Source: a bacterium (GTDB lineage Bacteria; AUK180). Taken from it: DNA of 64,000 bases. Below are positions 37,349 through 47,977 of the stretch, one piece after another. A program made the translations under genes and the position numbers. Positions within the stretch are counted from its first letter, which is position 1. Every line of letters starts with the position of its first letter. The notes under the pieces are model-generated. The model saw nothing but the letters and a program-made list of their open reading frames with translations, made no database searches and was not told the DNA's origin. The stretch lies in assembly GCA_023133295.1 (NCBI GenBank), contig JAGLWT010000133.1, positions 5,054 through 69,053 of the forward strand, written 5' to 3'.

Positions 37349-38672
37349 GCGGAACATTTTCCTTTTATTTCTCGATCTTGTGACCGCATTCCTGATAGTA
37401 TTCTTCATTTACCGCATCAGATTCGGATTTGAGATACCCGCGTCACATAAGCTGACATTCATCCTTCTTATCACATCACCTCTTCTATTGATCACCTTCG
37501 GTCTGCTGATGGGGAATTACACAAAGAAGAACAGTATTGATCTTGAGATCGCGGGAAATCTTTTTCTTTCCGGGTTAATAACTTATTTCATCTTTTTCCT
37601 GGCATTAATGATCATCAGGATCTATCTGAAGAGTTTGGAATTTTCCGCGCCGGTACTTATTCTATTTTCCCTGGCGATACCACTTGTGCTCTTGATACTC
37701 CATATATTGGCGGGAAGATTCGCATCGAGAGCCAAATATAAAGAAACGCTGCTAATAGTCGGCTACAAAAAAAGCGATCGCAACACATTGGACAAGTACC
37801 TCAATGATATCCGAGGCATATACAATATAGTCGGCACCGTCGGGGATGAACTTCAGGGGGTGCCCGCCTTTGCAAAAGACAGAGATATCTTCTCGCTCAT
37901 CGAGCAGTACAATGTCAGCAATATATTGTTTGCCCGGTCTGTAGATCATTCACTTATTGAAAAGCTTGTACTTTCCAGATCACTCTTTACTACATCTTTG
38001 CTCTTCACTCCTGAATTATACGAGGAATTCAACCGTTGGGGCAAGGTGCGGCCATATCCCCGATTGCCGCTTTTTGAACTTGATATTAATCCCATACGGG
38101 GCGGAAACCAATTATTTAAAAGGATCTTTGATATTCTTTTCAGCATTGTAGGGCTTGTTGTCTTCCTTCCATTCGGAATGATAATTGCCCTGCTGATATT
38201 GGCTGATTCGCCGGGTAAGGTATTCTTCACACAGATACGGCTGGGGATCTATGCGAAACCGTTCAAGGTGATAAAATTCAGGACCATGTTCAGGAACGCG
38301 GAAAAGGAGTCCGGGCCTAAGTGGACAGAGCCCAATGATACCCGGATCACCAAGACCGGAAGGATATTAAGGCGATTGAGCCTGGACGAGATCCCGCAAT
38401 TATTGAATATCTTAACGGGACAGATGTCACTTGTGGGCCCGAGGCCTGAAAGGCCGTTCTTCGTGGAAAAACACTCCGCTCTCAAGGGGATAAGGATGCT
38501 GGTCAAACCGGGGTTAACGGGACTGGCACAGATCAACGGAAGATATGAGCTCACTCCCGAGGAGAAGGCGGCATTCGATCTACAATTTATTAATAGTTTT
38601 TCTCTTTCCATGTACTTTTCCATAATTATACGCACGGTAATCATTATTATTGGCGGTAAAGGGGTTAGATAA
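37341..38672 (+). CDS. Polyprenyl-phosphate glycosylphosphotransferase (WcaJ/WbaP-like initiating transferase)
   Basis: N-terminal TMs; KRIFDI, KFRTM, LDEIPQLLNIL.GQMSLVGPRPE, KPGLTGLAQING. Confidence 0.93.
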   Translation: MNRRNIFLLFLDLVTAFLIVFFIYRIRFGFEIPASHKLTFILLITSPLLLITFGLLMGNYTKKNSIDLEIAGNLFLSGLITYFIFFLALMIIRIYLKSLEFSAPVLILFSLAIPLVLLILHILAGRFASRAKYKETLLIVGYKKSDRNTLDKYLNDIRGIYNIVGTVGDELQGVPAFAKDRDIFSLIEQYNVSNILFARSVDHSLIEKLVLSRSLFTTSLLFTPELYEEFNRWGKVRPYPRLPLFELDINPIRGGNQLFKRIFDILFSIVGLVVFLPFGMIIALLILADSPGKVFFTQIRLGIYAKPFKVIKFRTMFRNAEKESGPKWTEPNDTRITKTGRILRRLSLDEIPQLLNILTGQMSLVGPRPERPFFVEKHSALKGIRMLVKPGLTGLAQINGRYELTPEEKAAFDLQFINSFSLSMYFSIIIRTVIIIIGGKGVR

Positions 38673-39574
38673 TGAAAAAAATAACGGTCATTTCCTTGGT
38701 TATTGCTATTGCATTTGCTATGGTCTTCATGCTCATTACGGGGGCAAAGGATATGAAGCTGCAGATACGCTCCACCTTTATTCCCCAACTCTCGATCTCC
38801 TATTTAAAAACCCTGAACGGGGCACAATTCTACGGTCAGAAGGATTTCAATATTCAGACCTATGGGGAGATACTCACGAGAGGCACTGTATTGGAAGATA
38901 TCAACAAGGCCTTGCCCGGGATAAAAGCCACCGGCATCTCCTACGACCGCAGAGAGGACTCCAAGATACTCGATATCACGATAGTCGTATCGGCAAAGGA
39001 TGTCGAGAATCCCGGATTGGTCGGAGTTGTGATCGAAAATTATTTCGAAATTCTACTGTCAAAAATGAGCGAAAGATCTCATCTGATGATCAAAGAGCAG
39101 GTGGGCATTCTCATGGCTAAATTAGAAGAACTGGAGAAAGGGCTGAAGAGCGATATCGAAAAGGGTACACATGAAAAATTCGGCAGGTTCTTCAGAAAAT
39201 ACAGGGTGAATTACGGCAATGCCCCCATACCCGGGGATGTGATGCTGCATGGCCAGGGATATTCCGCTTCTACCCTCATACTTGACCAGTTAAAGACCAT
39301 CGACCCCGGCAAAGGCCCTGCATTTGATACGGAATTAACGGATTATATCAAGAGATTGAACCGATACAATCAATCCTTCTCGGACGCGATGAGATTGGAG
39401 AGCATAGAAAATGAGATCGCATTTTTATCCATGGCAAAGATCTCACCCTTGTATCATATCGGGTCACATAAGATCACCGGGTCGTGGAAAAGGATATTAA
39501 TTAAGGCATTTGCGGTCTTTCTCGCCTTGTTTCTGATAATTTTTACAATACTCTATGTTGCAAAAAAAGATTGA
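38672..39574 (+). CDS. Wzz-like polysaccharide co-polymerase/chain-length protein
   Basis: Two terminal TMs flanking a coiled-coil periplasmic region; cluster context. Confidence 0.55.
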   Translation: MKKITVISLVIAIAFAMVFMLITGAKDMKLQIRSTFIPQLSISYLKTLNGAQFYGQKDFNIQTYGEILTRGTVLEDINKALPGIKATGISYDRREDSKILDITIVVSAKDVENPGLVGVVIENYFEILLSKMSERSHLMIKEQVGILMAKLEELEKGLKSDIEKGTHEKFGRFFRKYRVNYGNAPIPGDVMLHGQGYSASTLILDQLKTIDPGKGPAFDTELTDYIKRLNRYNQSFSDAMRLESIENEIAFLSMAKISPLYHIGSHKITGSWKRILIKAFAVFLALFLIIFTILYVAKKD

Positions 39575-40835
39575 CGGAGCCCTGCCCTTACTGATATTAC
39601 CACTTCTGATCCTGGATGACAGATTATTTCTCCTTGCCTGCATTGCCGTCTTTGTCTATCTGATGATAAGAAATAATGACGCGGTCATGCTGATACCTCT
39701 TCTGCTGATATTCACAGAATCCAATCCGATCGCATTACCCGGGCCGGACCTGACACTCTCCAAATGGGGCTTTGCCTTCCTTCTTATGATATACCTAAGG
39801 AAACGGCCGAAATTCTCTTTTTCCCCCGTCTTCATTCCCGTCTCTGTTTTCCTGGGCGGATTCCTGTTATGGACCGCAGTCGCTGCTGATGCGGTGATAC
39901 TGAGATGGACAGTGACCATGACGGCGAATATTCTTTTTTTCTTCCTGGTGTTCCAGCTTCTCAAGGATAAGCAGATGCAAAAGCAGATAGTCAGGGGGCT
40001 CCTTTTCGCCCTTGTAATTAACGCATCTTTAGGAATATTTCAATTTATCTCTGGCGGGCGGACGCTTCTGTATTTCGGCATGAACAATGAGAAAATGTGT
40101 TTTGAGCATTGGGGGAATTTCGTTCGGAGTTCCGGATTATTTCAGAACACGAACCTTTTTGTTTCCTTTTTAATACCACTTTGCCTGATCTTATTTCCCT
40201 TAATAAAAAAGGAGCACCGATATCTGTTCATACCTGTTATATTCGGCGTTCTATTCACCTTTTCGCGCGGAGCATGGGTAGCGGTGATCGCGGCTTTGCT
40301 GATCTTTCTTCTGCGCAGGGGAAAGAAATATTTCCCTCTGCTGATACCCATCATCCTTCTGATCCTTTTCACGCCATTTGGACAACGGTTCTATAGAAAA
40401 GCTCAGGACCATTCAGTATACTATTCCGATATGGGAAGAAAGGCCTCATTTGAAGTTGGCGCGGAATTCATCTCCAGAAATGTTTACACAGGGATAGGGC
40501 CGGGAAAATTCTATACGGAGTTCGCGAGATATGCGCCCGATAATCTGCCCTGGTCCAACTTCTATCCGCACAATGCTTTTATTGCCACTCTTGGGGAGAC
40601 CGGGATCGCAGGGTTCTTCTCCTTACTCGCGATCTTCTATATTCTTCTTGCCGCTCTTGCCAAAGAAAAAAGAAGGCCCGGACTGCATTGGATGATGGGA
40701 AGCATCTTCTCTTTATTCATACTTTCTAATTTCTACGATCTTCATACCGAACCGCAATTCTGGATAATCATTGCCATTGCCGCGGGAATTCAGCATTTCG
40801 AGCCAGGGAGGGAAATATCCGTTTTTCCATTATAA
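39555..40835 (+). CDS. O-antigen ligase/polymerase family protein (Wzy_C)
   Basis: Multi-TM; RSSGLFQNTN, TFSRGAW, TGIGPG, PHNAFIATLGETGIAG. Confidence 0.88.
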   Translation: MLQKKIDGALPLLILPLLILDDRLFLLACIAVFVYLMIRNNDAVMLIPLLLIFTESNPIALPGPDLTLSKWGFAFLLMIYLRKRPKFSFSPVFIPVSVFLGGFLLWTAVAADAVILRWTVTMTANILFFFLVFQLLKDKQMQKQIVRGLLFALVINASLGIFQFISGGRTLLYFGMNNEKMCFEHWGNFVRSSGLFQNTNLFVSFLIPLCLILFPLIKKEHRYLFIPVIFGVLFTFSRGAWVAVIAALLIFLLRRGKKYFPLLIPIILLILFTPFGQRFYRKAQDHSVYYSDMGRKASFEVGAEFISRNVYTGIGPGKFYTEFARYAPDNLPWSNFYPHNAFIATLGETGIAGFFSLLAIFYILLAALAKEKRRPGLHWMMGSIFSLFILSNFYDLHTEPQFWIIIAIAAGIQHFEPGREISVFPL

Positions 40836-41692
40836 TCCCTTATTTTTCACACTTTGAGGTCCTTTCTGACTATCTTGATACATTGCAGGAACAGTCATTC
40901 TCTGATTTTGAGGTCATAATCGTAAACGATGGCGAACAGAGCATGCCGCAAAAATACAGCAAGCTCTCTGTGACATATCTCAACAATAAGCTAAATTCCG
41001 GGTACTCCGCCTCATTAAATAACGGGGCTGCGATTGCCAAGGGAGAATGGCTGATACTTTCCAATACGGATATACTCTTGCAGTGCAATGCCTTGAAGGA
41101 TTTAGACCGCTTGATCCGAAACCGGGACAGCCAAATGATACAGCCCCTGCTTATTGACCGCAAAGGCATTCCAGACCCCTTCAGCGCAAGGGCATTGCCT
41201 CCTTCGTGGGGATTTCTTTACTGGCCCTTCCGTTCTCAGAATTTCAATTTTCCCGTAAAATACCTGCTCAAAAGGACAAGTGGCGGAAGCATTAATTGCG
41301 CAAAAGGAGCATTTCTCGCTATCAAAAAAGACATCTTTATAGAACTCGGTGGAATGGATGAGCAATTCTGGATGTTCTGGGAGGATGTGGACCTCAGTAA
41401 ACGCTTAACTGCCAACGGGTACAGTATTTATTTTGCACCCTCGCTCAGAATAACTCATTTGGGTTCACAGACCATAAGACATATTTCCGTGAAAGCCGAT
41501 CTTGGGGAAATTGATTCACGCGCCGGCTACTTTCGCAAACATCACAGAATTCCCGTATTTCTGACGGTATTTTTTGAACTGAAAGGCGCTATGCTAAGAT
41601 ATTTTACCGCCTTGTTCCTCGGAAAACCCTCAGCAAAGAACTATTATCCCGATTATCTTCGAGGCCTGAAGGCCAGGTTATTCAGATGTTGA
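40817..41692 (+). CDS. GT2 glycosyltransferase (WbbL-like); start codon problematic
   Basis: EVIIVNDG, NSGYSASLNNG, SNTD, GGMDEQFWMFWEDVDLS. In-frame IRFSIIIPYF lies upstream of the first standard start (TTG 40883). Confidence 0.85.
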   Translation: MRFSIIIPYFSHFEVLSDYLDTLQEQSFSDFEVIIVNDGEQSMPQKYSKLSVTYLNNKLNSGYSASLNNGAAIAKGEWLILSNTDILLQCNALKDLDRLIRNRDSQMIQPLLIDRKGIPDPFSARALPPSWGFLYWPFRSQNFNFPVKYLLKRTSGGSINCAKGAFLAIKKDIFIELGGMDEQFWMFWEDVDLSKRLTANGYSIYFAPSLRITHLGSQTIRHISVKADLGEIDSRAGYFRKHHRIPVFLTVFFELKGAMLRYFTALFLGKPSAKNYYPDYLRGLKARLFRC

Positions 41693-42747
41693 TATATGTT
41701 CTCAACAGATATCCTTATTATTCTCAGACATTCATAAAAGATGAAATAGAGCATTTCAAACGCTTAACAAAGACCGTCGTCTTTTCTCTAAATGATTTCC
41801 GGCATCTGCCGGAGATGATCCCGTCCTCATCCAGAGAGCTCTCTGTTCTGCTCAAGCTGGGAATGAAAACTATAACAGGATCTGTCTCCCTGCGCGAACT
41901 CCTGCTTTCGCTCTACTCCATATTTTTCGGGATCTATCTCTCAAAGAATATATGTAAAAATGATATTCTGCGGGTTCACCTGCCGAAATTCAACGGATTG
42001 GCCGCATTGACCGCTATTATGATAAAGGGGGCCTCATTGATACCGGTATTTCACTCCTTTGCTCTATTTACACATAACACTTTTATCAAAGAGATATGTG
42101 AGAAGAGTAAAAGCGTTGAGACCATTTCAGAATACAATGTGAAGAAGCTCACAAGGTTCACAAAAGGAAAGATCGCTCTGATACGCTGTGGTATCGATAC
42201 GGAAAAAATAGTACCCGTAAAAACAATAAAAAGAGATCATCTCATATTTGTCGGAAGAATGCACCCCACGAAAGGGATCGTACGGCTATTTCGCATGCTC
42301 TCAGACACGGCGATACCCATCAAATTGGTGGGCGGTGGAAATATCAGAAAATATAAGAAACTAGCGGAGAAATTAAATGTCTCCGCCAAATTTACAGGAG
42401 CATTGCCCCATGACGATGTACTCGAATTAATTAAGAGGTCAGCCGGATTGATCCTGCTCGCGCAAATAGCGTCTGACGGCGACAGGGACGGGATACCGAT
42501 AGTGTTGATGGAAGCGATGGCAATGGGCATTCCTGTTATTGCAACCGCTCTTTCAGGGATCCCCGAATTGGTGGAAAATGGCGTTTCCGGTTTCCTTTTT
42601 GATACCGTCGAAGAGGGGAGGAAGGTATGCCTGAATGTTTTTAACAACGGCGTGCCCAGCAGCATCATATCCAATGCCAGAGAAAGGATATTGAGGGAGT
42701 TTCACGGGAATGCTAATTTGAAGAAGAAGGAGAGGGATCTGCTGTGA
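41686..42747 (+). CDS. GT4 glycosyltransferase (WcaL-like)
   Basis: YPYYSQTFI, FVGRMHPTKG, DGDRDGIPIVLMEAMAMG, GIPELV. Confidence 0.9.
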   Translation: MLIYVLNRYPYYSQTFIKDEIEHFKRLTKTVVFSLNDFRHLPEMIPSSSRELSVLLKLGMKTITGSVSLRELLLSLYSIFFGIYLSKNICKNDILRVHLPKFNGLAALTAIMIKGASLIPVFHSFALFTHNTFIKEICEKSKSVETISEYNVKKLTRFTKGKIALIRCGIDTEKIVPVKTIKRDHLIFVGRMHPTKGIVRLFRMLSDTAIPIKLVGGGNIRKYKKLAEKLNVSAKFTGALPHDDVLELIKRSAGLILLAQIASDGDRDGIPIVLMEAMAMGIPVIATALSGIPELVENGVSGFLFDTVEEGRKVCLNVFNNGVPSSIISNARERILREFHGNANLKKKERDLL

Positions 42748-43766
42748 AAGTACTTTTTGTTATTGACTCATTATCCATCGGCGGCGCGGAAAGAGTCGTT
42801 ATCAATCTCGCTCAATATTTCAAAAAGAAAGGCGACGAACCCATTATAATCACATTGAGGCCAGAGAATCACTTCTCTCGGGAATTGGGTGATATTCGTG
42901 TTTATTGCTTGAATAAAAAACACCGAGTCGATCTTGGCTTCTTTTTTCAACTCAAGAAACTCATAAAGGAACTCACGCCTGATATCATCAACGCTCACCT
43001 CTTCACCTCCGCATTGTGGACCAGAGCGGCCATCACAGGGATGAAAAATGCGCCGCCGGTCTTCGTTACATATCACAATGTCCTGTGGAATGAAAAATGG
43101 TACACGCCGATCCACAAAGCCGCAAATAAATTTCTACATAGAAAAACACGGGAGCATATATTCGTTTCCGAGGATGTCCGATCATTTTATCGTAAAGCCG
43201 AAGGGCTGGAAGGGAAAGTAATATATAATGGAATAGATACCGATAAATACTCTTTCACCTCGGATGCGAAGTCCGGGAAAAAATTACTCTTTGTCGGAAG
43301 ACTGATAGAGCGAAAAGGGGTGAGGGATCTCTTTGAGATATTCAAGCGACTGCCGGAGGAATATTCACTCACCATTTGCGGCGTTGGGCCTATGGAAAAA
43401 CTCGTGCGGGAAAAAACCGGCGCGAGGATCGCATTTTTCTCAACGCAGGAAACAGCAAAGCTTTATCATGAACATGATATACTCCTTCTGCCGTCGTACT
43501 GGGAGGGATTTGCCCTGGTCGTGCTTGAGGCCATTTCTTCCGGGCTGCCGGTAACCGCATATCACGCCCCGGGGCTTATCGACCATCCCCTGAAAGAGTT
43601 CATCTCCTTTGTGAAAGTGGGAGACATTGAGGGATTTGTTGAAAATATTCTTCGTTTCGGGTACAATAAAGAACTTGCAGAGAAGGGAAGGGAATTGATA
43701 TCACGAGATTTTTCGATCGCTACAATGGGCAAGAATTATCGGGAGCTGTTTATATATAAATGTTGA
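42744..43766 (+). CDS. GT4 glycosyltransferase
   Basis: IGGAERVV, IYNGID, FVGRLIERKG, PSYWEGFALVVLEA. Confidence 0.9.
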   Translation: MKVLFVIDSLSIGGAERVVINLAQYFKKKGDEPIIITLRPENHFSRELGDIRVYCLNKKHRVDLGFFFQLKKLIKELTPDIINAHLFTSALWTRAAITGMKNAPPVFVTYHNVLWNEKWYTPIHKAANKFLHRKTREHIFVSEDVRSFYRKAEGLEGKVIYNGIDTDKYSFTSDAKSGKKLLFVGRLIERKGVRDLFEIFKRLPEEYSLTICGVGPMEKLVREKTGARIAFFSTQETAKLYHEHDILLLPSYWEGFALVVLEAISSGLPVTAYHAPGLIDHPLKEFISFVKVGDIEGFVENILRFGYNKELAEKGRELISRDFSIATMGKNYRELFIYKC

Positions 43767-44854
43767 CCATACTGTTTTTCATCTTTCTTTTTCCTGTTTT
43801 TCACCATTATGCGGGATTCCCGCTCTCTATGCTGATCCTGAACATACTGAAAAAAGAGAAGAACTGGAAAAAGCTTAATTACATTCCAAGTGTTTCTATC
43901 ATCGTGGTTACAAGAAACGGTGAAGCATCCATCGCCCCGAGAATAGAAAATATTTTAGCATCAGATTATCCTGAGGATAAAATAGAAGTGATCGTCATGT
44001 CGGACAACTCCGAAGACAATACCGTCGAGATATTGAAAAAATACCCAAAGGTCAGAAGCTTCCAGTCAAACAAGCGCGTCGGCAAAGCAGCATTACTGAA
44101 TAAGGCCGTCAAGACAGCAACGGGAAAGATCCTGGTATTCACGGATGACAATACCGAGTTTGACAAAGAGAACATCAGAGAACTGGTCAAACCTTTTTAT
44201 TACCATGACATCAGCGCGGTATGCGGAAAGCTTATTCTGAAGGGCAAAAATCATTTCGAAGCGCTCTATTGGAACATGGAATCATTTTATAGATCCGTTG
44301 AAGGGAAGTTCAACTGCGTTATCGGGGCTAACGGCGCGAACTATGCCGTCAGAAGAGAGATCTACACCCCGCTTCCGGAAGACCGCCTTATCATGGATGA
44401 CTTTATCAATACCATGAATATTCTTTCCCAAGCCGGGAACATGGTATATAACCGAGCTGCCTTTGCTTTCGAAGAGCACGGTTCCGGGCTGTCAAGGGAA
44501 TTTGAACGAAAAGCCCGTATAGGGCGCGGAAATGCCAATGCATTGCCATATATATGGAAGATGTTGCGGGGAAGTAAAAAGATCCTGGCGGCGTATTTCA
44601 TGATCTCTCATAAGATACTGCGCTGGTTTATGCCGCCAATTCTCATTATTCTCTTTATTATCAGCGGACTGTTCTCCATGGAAGAGTTTGATCTGATTAC
44701 ACTCTTTTTTCTACTCCAGGCAACTGCTTATATATTTGGAGGTGTCGTTTACTTTATGAAGAAGCCTATTTCCATTATTTTCTGGAGCAGCTTCGCGCTG
44801 TTTTTTGGAATGATCGTAAATCCGAAAAAGAAAGTTCCCTATTGGGATGTGTGA
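43760..44854 (+). CDS. GT2 membrane glycosyltransferase (IcaA/CesA-like)
   Basis: PSVSIIV, DYPEDKIEVIV.SD.SED, GKAALLN, FTDD, GANGANYAVRR, SHKILRW; terminal TMs. Confidence 0.88.
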   Translation: MLTILFFIFLFPVFHHYAGFPLSMLILNILKKEKNWKKLNYIPSVSIIVVTRNGEASIAPRIENILASDYPEDKIEVIVMSDNSEDNTVEILKKYPKVRSFQSNKRVGKAALLNKAVKTATGKILVFTDDNTEFDKENIRELVKPFYYHDISAVCGKLILKGKNHFEALYWNMESFYRSVEGKFNCVIGANGANYAVRREIYTPLPEDRLIMDDFINTMNILSQAGNMVYNRAAFAFEEHGSGLSREFERKARIGRGNANALPYIWKMLRGSKKILAAYFMISHKILRWFMPPILIILFIISGLFSMEEFDLITLFFLLQATAYIFGGVVYFMKKPISIIFWSSFALFFGMIVNPKKKVPYWDV

Positions 44855-46162
44855 TCATTTCTCTGAAATAGTACTTTTGACCCCTTTTGCGCTGAGCTCT
44901 TCTTTAAGCTGAGCGGCGGGCGTCTTATCTTCAAAATTAAAGGTCATTTTGTATCCGGCAGGTGTTTCAAGAATATTTCCGCCATGTTTTTCCATAAGAG
45001 GCTCGAGAACTCCCAATTGATCATCATTCAGGACAGCTGTCTCAACCACAAATTCCTTTTTTGTCATATCTCCGAGAATATCATCCTTATCGGTTGAGAA
45101 AAGATCGTCAAGATCAATATCTTCTTTATCAGTTTCTTTTCCTTTCTCTATTTCTTTTTCTTTTTTAGGAACCTTATCATCACCCACCACCGTTTTTTTG
45201 TAAATGAAGAAATAATATGAAGCAGCGGCAGCAACGATAACGATGGAAATTATCAATATCGCGGCAAGAGGTGATCTTTTCTTCTTAATTTGATCGATTT
45301 CGTCATATTCCTCTTCTGTCTCTTCCTCTAGGTCTTCTTCAAGATCAGCGTCTTCCAATACTTCTTTCTCATATTCTTCGGTGAGGGTCGGCGTAAGTTC
45401 TTGATTAGCCGTCGACAAGCCGTCCTCAATAGCGGAAGGAGGTGGCTCTATCTCTCCCGTCTCTTCCTGTGGAATGGGTTGTGGGGCGGGAGTGTTCTCC
45501 ATATGTGCCATTTCATCTTCAAAACTCGAAGCTATCGTATCCTCTTCTTCCTTAGGCTCTTCCGGAGGCTCAGGAGGTAGGTCGGATTCCACGGTTGCCT
45601 CATAGAGGTCTTCCTGGCCATCCTCAATGAGAACGCCCCACGAAGAGGTTACACCCTGGTCATCTCCTTCAGGGGAATCTTCCAGAATCGCTGTGGGTTC
45701 ATTGCCGGTTTTTGCGACATCCACGGGGTCGGGGTCTTCCTCAGCACCCGCGGGAGCCATCACTTCGGTTTGAGTATCTTCTTCAACATCAAATTCTGTC
45801 TCATAGGGCTTGGTCTCGCCCCCGGCTCCACCATCGCCTTCAGCCCCTTCAATAAGATCATACCATTTGGATTCCGTGGCGACCTTCCCGCCGATCTGAA
45901 TGACGATGCGAATCTCACAGGGGAAATCACCGCCGATGGGAACCTCCAATGGAATAATAAATTCATTTTCTTTATTTGCCCCGATAAATAATTCGAAGTC
46001 CTGCGTTAGAAGGTTCTGTCCATCCTTCTCGCGGAAGATCAGGGAGACGGTTGCGTCCTGGCCCTTTTTATCCTTGTTTTTCAGTGTAACACCCACCTTA
46101 TCCACTTCCAGGACTTCCTGATTGGAATAAATGGGATTAACCTTCAGAACTTCTATCATCAT
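44855..46162 (-). CDS. Acidic low-complexity single-pass membrane protein with possible SPOR-like C-terminus
   Basis: Small beta N-domain, long E/D/P-rich linker, KKKR followed by a TM, C-terminal FEDKTPAAQLKEELSAKGV. Confidence 0.6.
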   Translation of the reverse strand: MMIEVLKVNPIYSNQEVLEVDKVGVTLKNKDKKGQDATVSLIFREKDGQNLLTQDFELFIGANKENEFIIPLEVPIGGDFPCEIRIVIQIGGKVATESKWYDLIEGAEGDGGAGGETKPYETEFDVEEDTQTEVMAPAGAEEDPDPVDVAKTGNEPTAILEDSPEGDDQGVTSSWGVLIEDGQEDLYEATVESDLPPEPPEEPKEEEDTIASSFEDEMAHMENTPAPQPIPQEETGEIEPPPSAIEDGLSTANQELTPTLTEEYEKEVLEDADLEEDLEEETEEEYDEIDQIKKKRSPLAAILIISIVIVAAAASYYFFIYKKTVVGDDKVPKKEKEIEKGKETDKEDIDLDDLFSTDKDDILGDMTKKEFVVETAVLNDDQLGVLEPLMEKHGGNILETPAGYKMTFNFEDKTPAAQLKEELSAKGVKSTISEK

Positions 46163-46200
46163 ACCTCTATTTTACATTTTATCAAATTTCAATACACTAA

Positions 46201-47976
46201 TCAAAAAACAAAGTCTTTTATGGAAGAGAGTTCGTCCTTGAACGAATTGACAATGTATTCCCTTACATCAAGGGAAGACTCTAATTCCAGGATCAATGGA
46301 AGATGGTCAGCTATATTCTTCAATTCCATCGATGAGATCAATTTTTTGATTACCGGGATCTTCCAGGGCACCATGGAGAATATCCGCATGCCCAGGATCA
46401 GAAGAACGATGAACTCGATTGGGTTCGATGCCATTTCCCCGCAGACAGAGACCTCGACATCTTTGTTTTCAACATTGTCTGCAAGAAGCTTCAGGATTTT
46501 CAAGACAGACGGTTCTAATCCGGAATACAAATAGCTTACCTTCTCATTTCCCCTGTCCACCGCCAATGTGTACTGTATCAGGTCATTTGTCCCAACAGAG
46601 AAAAAATCAACATATTTGGCCATTTTATCCGCAAGAAGCACCGCAGAAGGGATCTCTATCATAATGCCGAATCTATATTTTTGCAGTTCGACGCCGGCGT
46701 CAATTAATTCCTTTTCGAGATCTTTCAGAATGTCTTTGATCCTCTTTATCTCATCAATATTTGTGATCATAGGGATCAGAATGGAAAGATTTCCACTGCA
46801 ATTCGCCTTCAACGCTGCTTTCAATTGAATGCGAAGCAAGGATTCATTAGCCAGCTGGAAACGTATAGCGCGCCAGCCCAGAAATGGGTTATCCTCCTTT
46901 CTCAATTCGATCTCATTTATCATTTTGTCGCCGCCGACATCAAATGTTCGAACGGTCACCGGTAAATTCTCATTTGCTGACAGTACCTTTCTGTAGTAAT
47001 TGAATTGTTTCTTTTCCGTTGGAAATGCAGCGGACGTATCTACCAAGAACTCGGTTCTGAAAAGTCCGATCCCTTCGGCATTGTATTTTTTCACAAGAGG
47101 AAGTTCTTCCACTATCTCTATATTGGCTTGTATCCCGATCTTGACCCCGTCCTTTGAGATCGGCTTACATTCATTTAATTTGTCAAGGAGTTTAAGGCGG
47201 TGTTGAAAAAGCTCATACTCCTCCTCGTAGATCTTCCTGATCTTATCGGAGGGAGTGAATATGCAGTACCCGCGGAGGCCGTCTAGTATAAGCAGATCAC
47301 TGCTCTTGATCCGATTATGTGCGTCCGTTACCATACTGACCGCGGGAATATTCAATGATCTGGCGACGATCGCCGCATGTGATGTATATCCGCTTCGCGA
47401 TATGACAAACCCGAGAACCTTCTCTTTATCAAGTCGGGCCAGATCGGTGAGTGTTAGAAATTCAGCCACTATGATAACCGGATCCAAAAGGCAAAAATCT
47501 TCGCCGGACCCCAGTTCAGCCAAGCCGTCTATTATTAGATGCGCGGCCTCATAGATATCATTTGCGCGCTCTGAAATATACAAATTGCGGATCTTTGAGA
47601 GTTTGATCTTCCAATTATTCGCGGTAACTTTGATGGAATATTCTGCATTCACTCTTTTCAATTTTATATTATCCACTATTTCTCCGATAAAGAGCGGGTC
47701 GGTAAGCAGAGCGGATTGTGCGTCAAAGATCTGTAATGTTTCCATATCTAGATTTTCATTGAGATTTTCTTTCATTTCCACGACCTTTTTCTTGGCATTA
47801 TCCAAGGCATGGTAGAATCTGTCGATCTCATCTGATATTTCCTCATAATTAAGCTTACGGGCAAAGTTGTTTTCTTCCGATTTGACCAGTACATATGCTC
47901 TTCCCGTAGATATACCCGGAGATATTGCAAGGCCTTTTATTACTTGCTCTGTTTTCAAGTGCTCATCAATATTCAT
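46201..47976 (-). CDS. ptsI: PTS enzyme I (PEP-protein phosphotransferase)
   Basis: GYTSHAAIVAR (phospho-His), GIGLFRTEF, RTFDVGGDK, NPFLGWR, SVGTNDLIQY, VCGEMA. Confidence 0.96.
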   Translation of the reverse strand: MNIDEHLKTEQVIKGLAISPGISTGRAYVLVKSEENNFARKLNYEEISDEIDRFYHALDNAKKKVVEMKENLNENLDMETLQIFDAQSALLTDPLFIGEIVDNIKLKRVNAEYSIKVTANNWKIKLSKIRNLYISERANDIYEAAHLIIDGLAELGSGEDFCLLDPVIIVAEFLTLTDLARLDKEKVLGFVISRSGYTSHAAIVARSLNIPAVSMVTDAHNRIKSSDLLILDGLRGYCIFTPSDKIRKIYEEEYELFQHRLKLLDKLNECKPISKDGVKIGIQANIEIVEELPLVKKYNAEGIGLFRTEFLVDTSAAFPTEKKQFNYYRKVLSANENLPVTVRTFDVGGDKMINEIELRKEDNPFLGWRAIRFQLANESLLRIQLKAALKANCSGNLSILIPMITNIDEIKRIKDILKDLEKELIDAGVELQKYRFGIMIEIPSAVLLADKMAKYVDFFSVGTNDLIQYTLAVDRGNEKVSYLYSGLEPSVLKILKLLADNVENKDVEVSVCGEMASNPIEFIVLLILGMRIFSMVPWKIPVIKKLISSMELKNIADHLPLILELESSLDVREYIVNSFKDELSSIKDFVF

Positions 47977-47977
47977 T

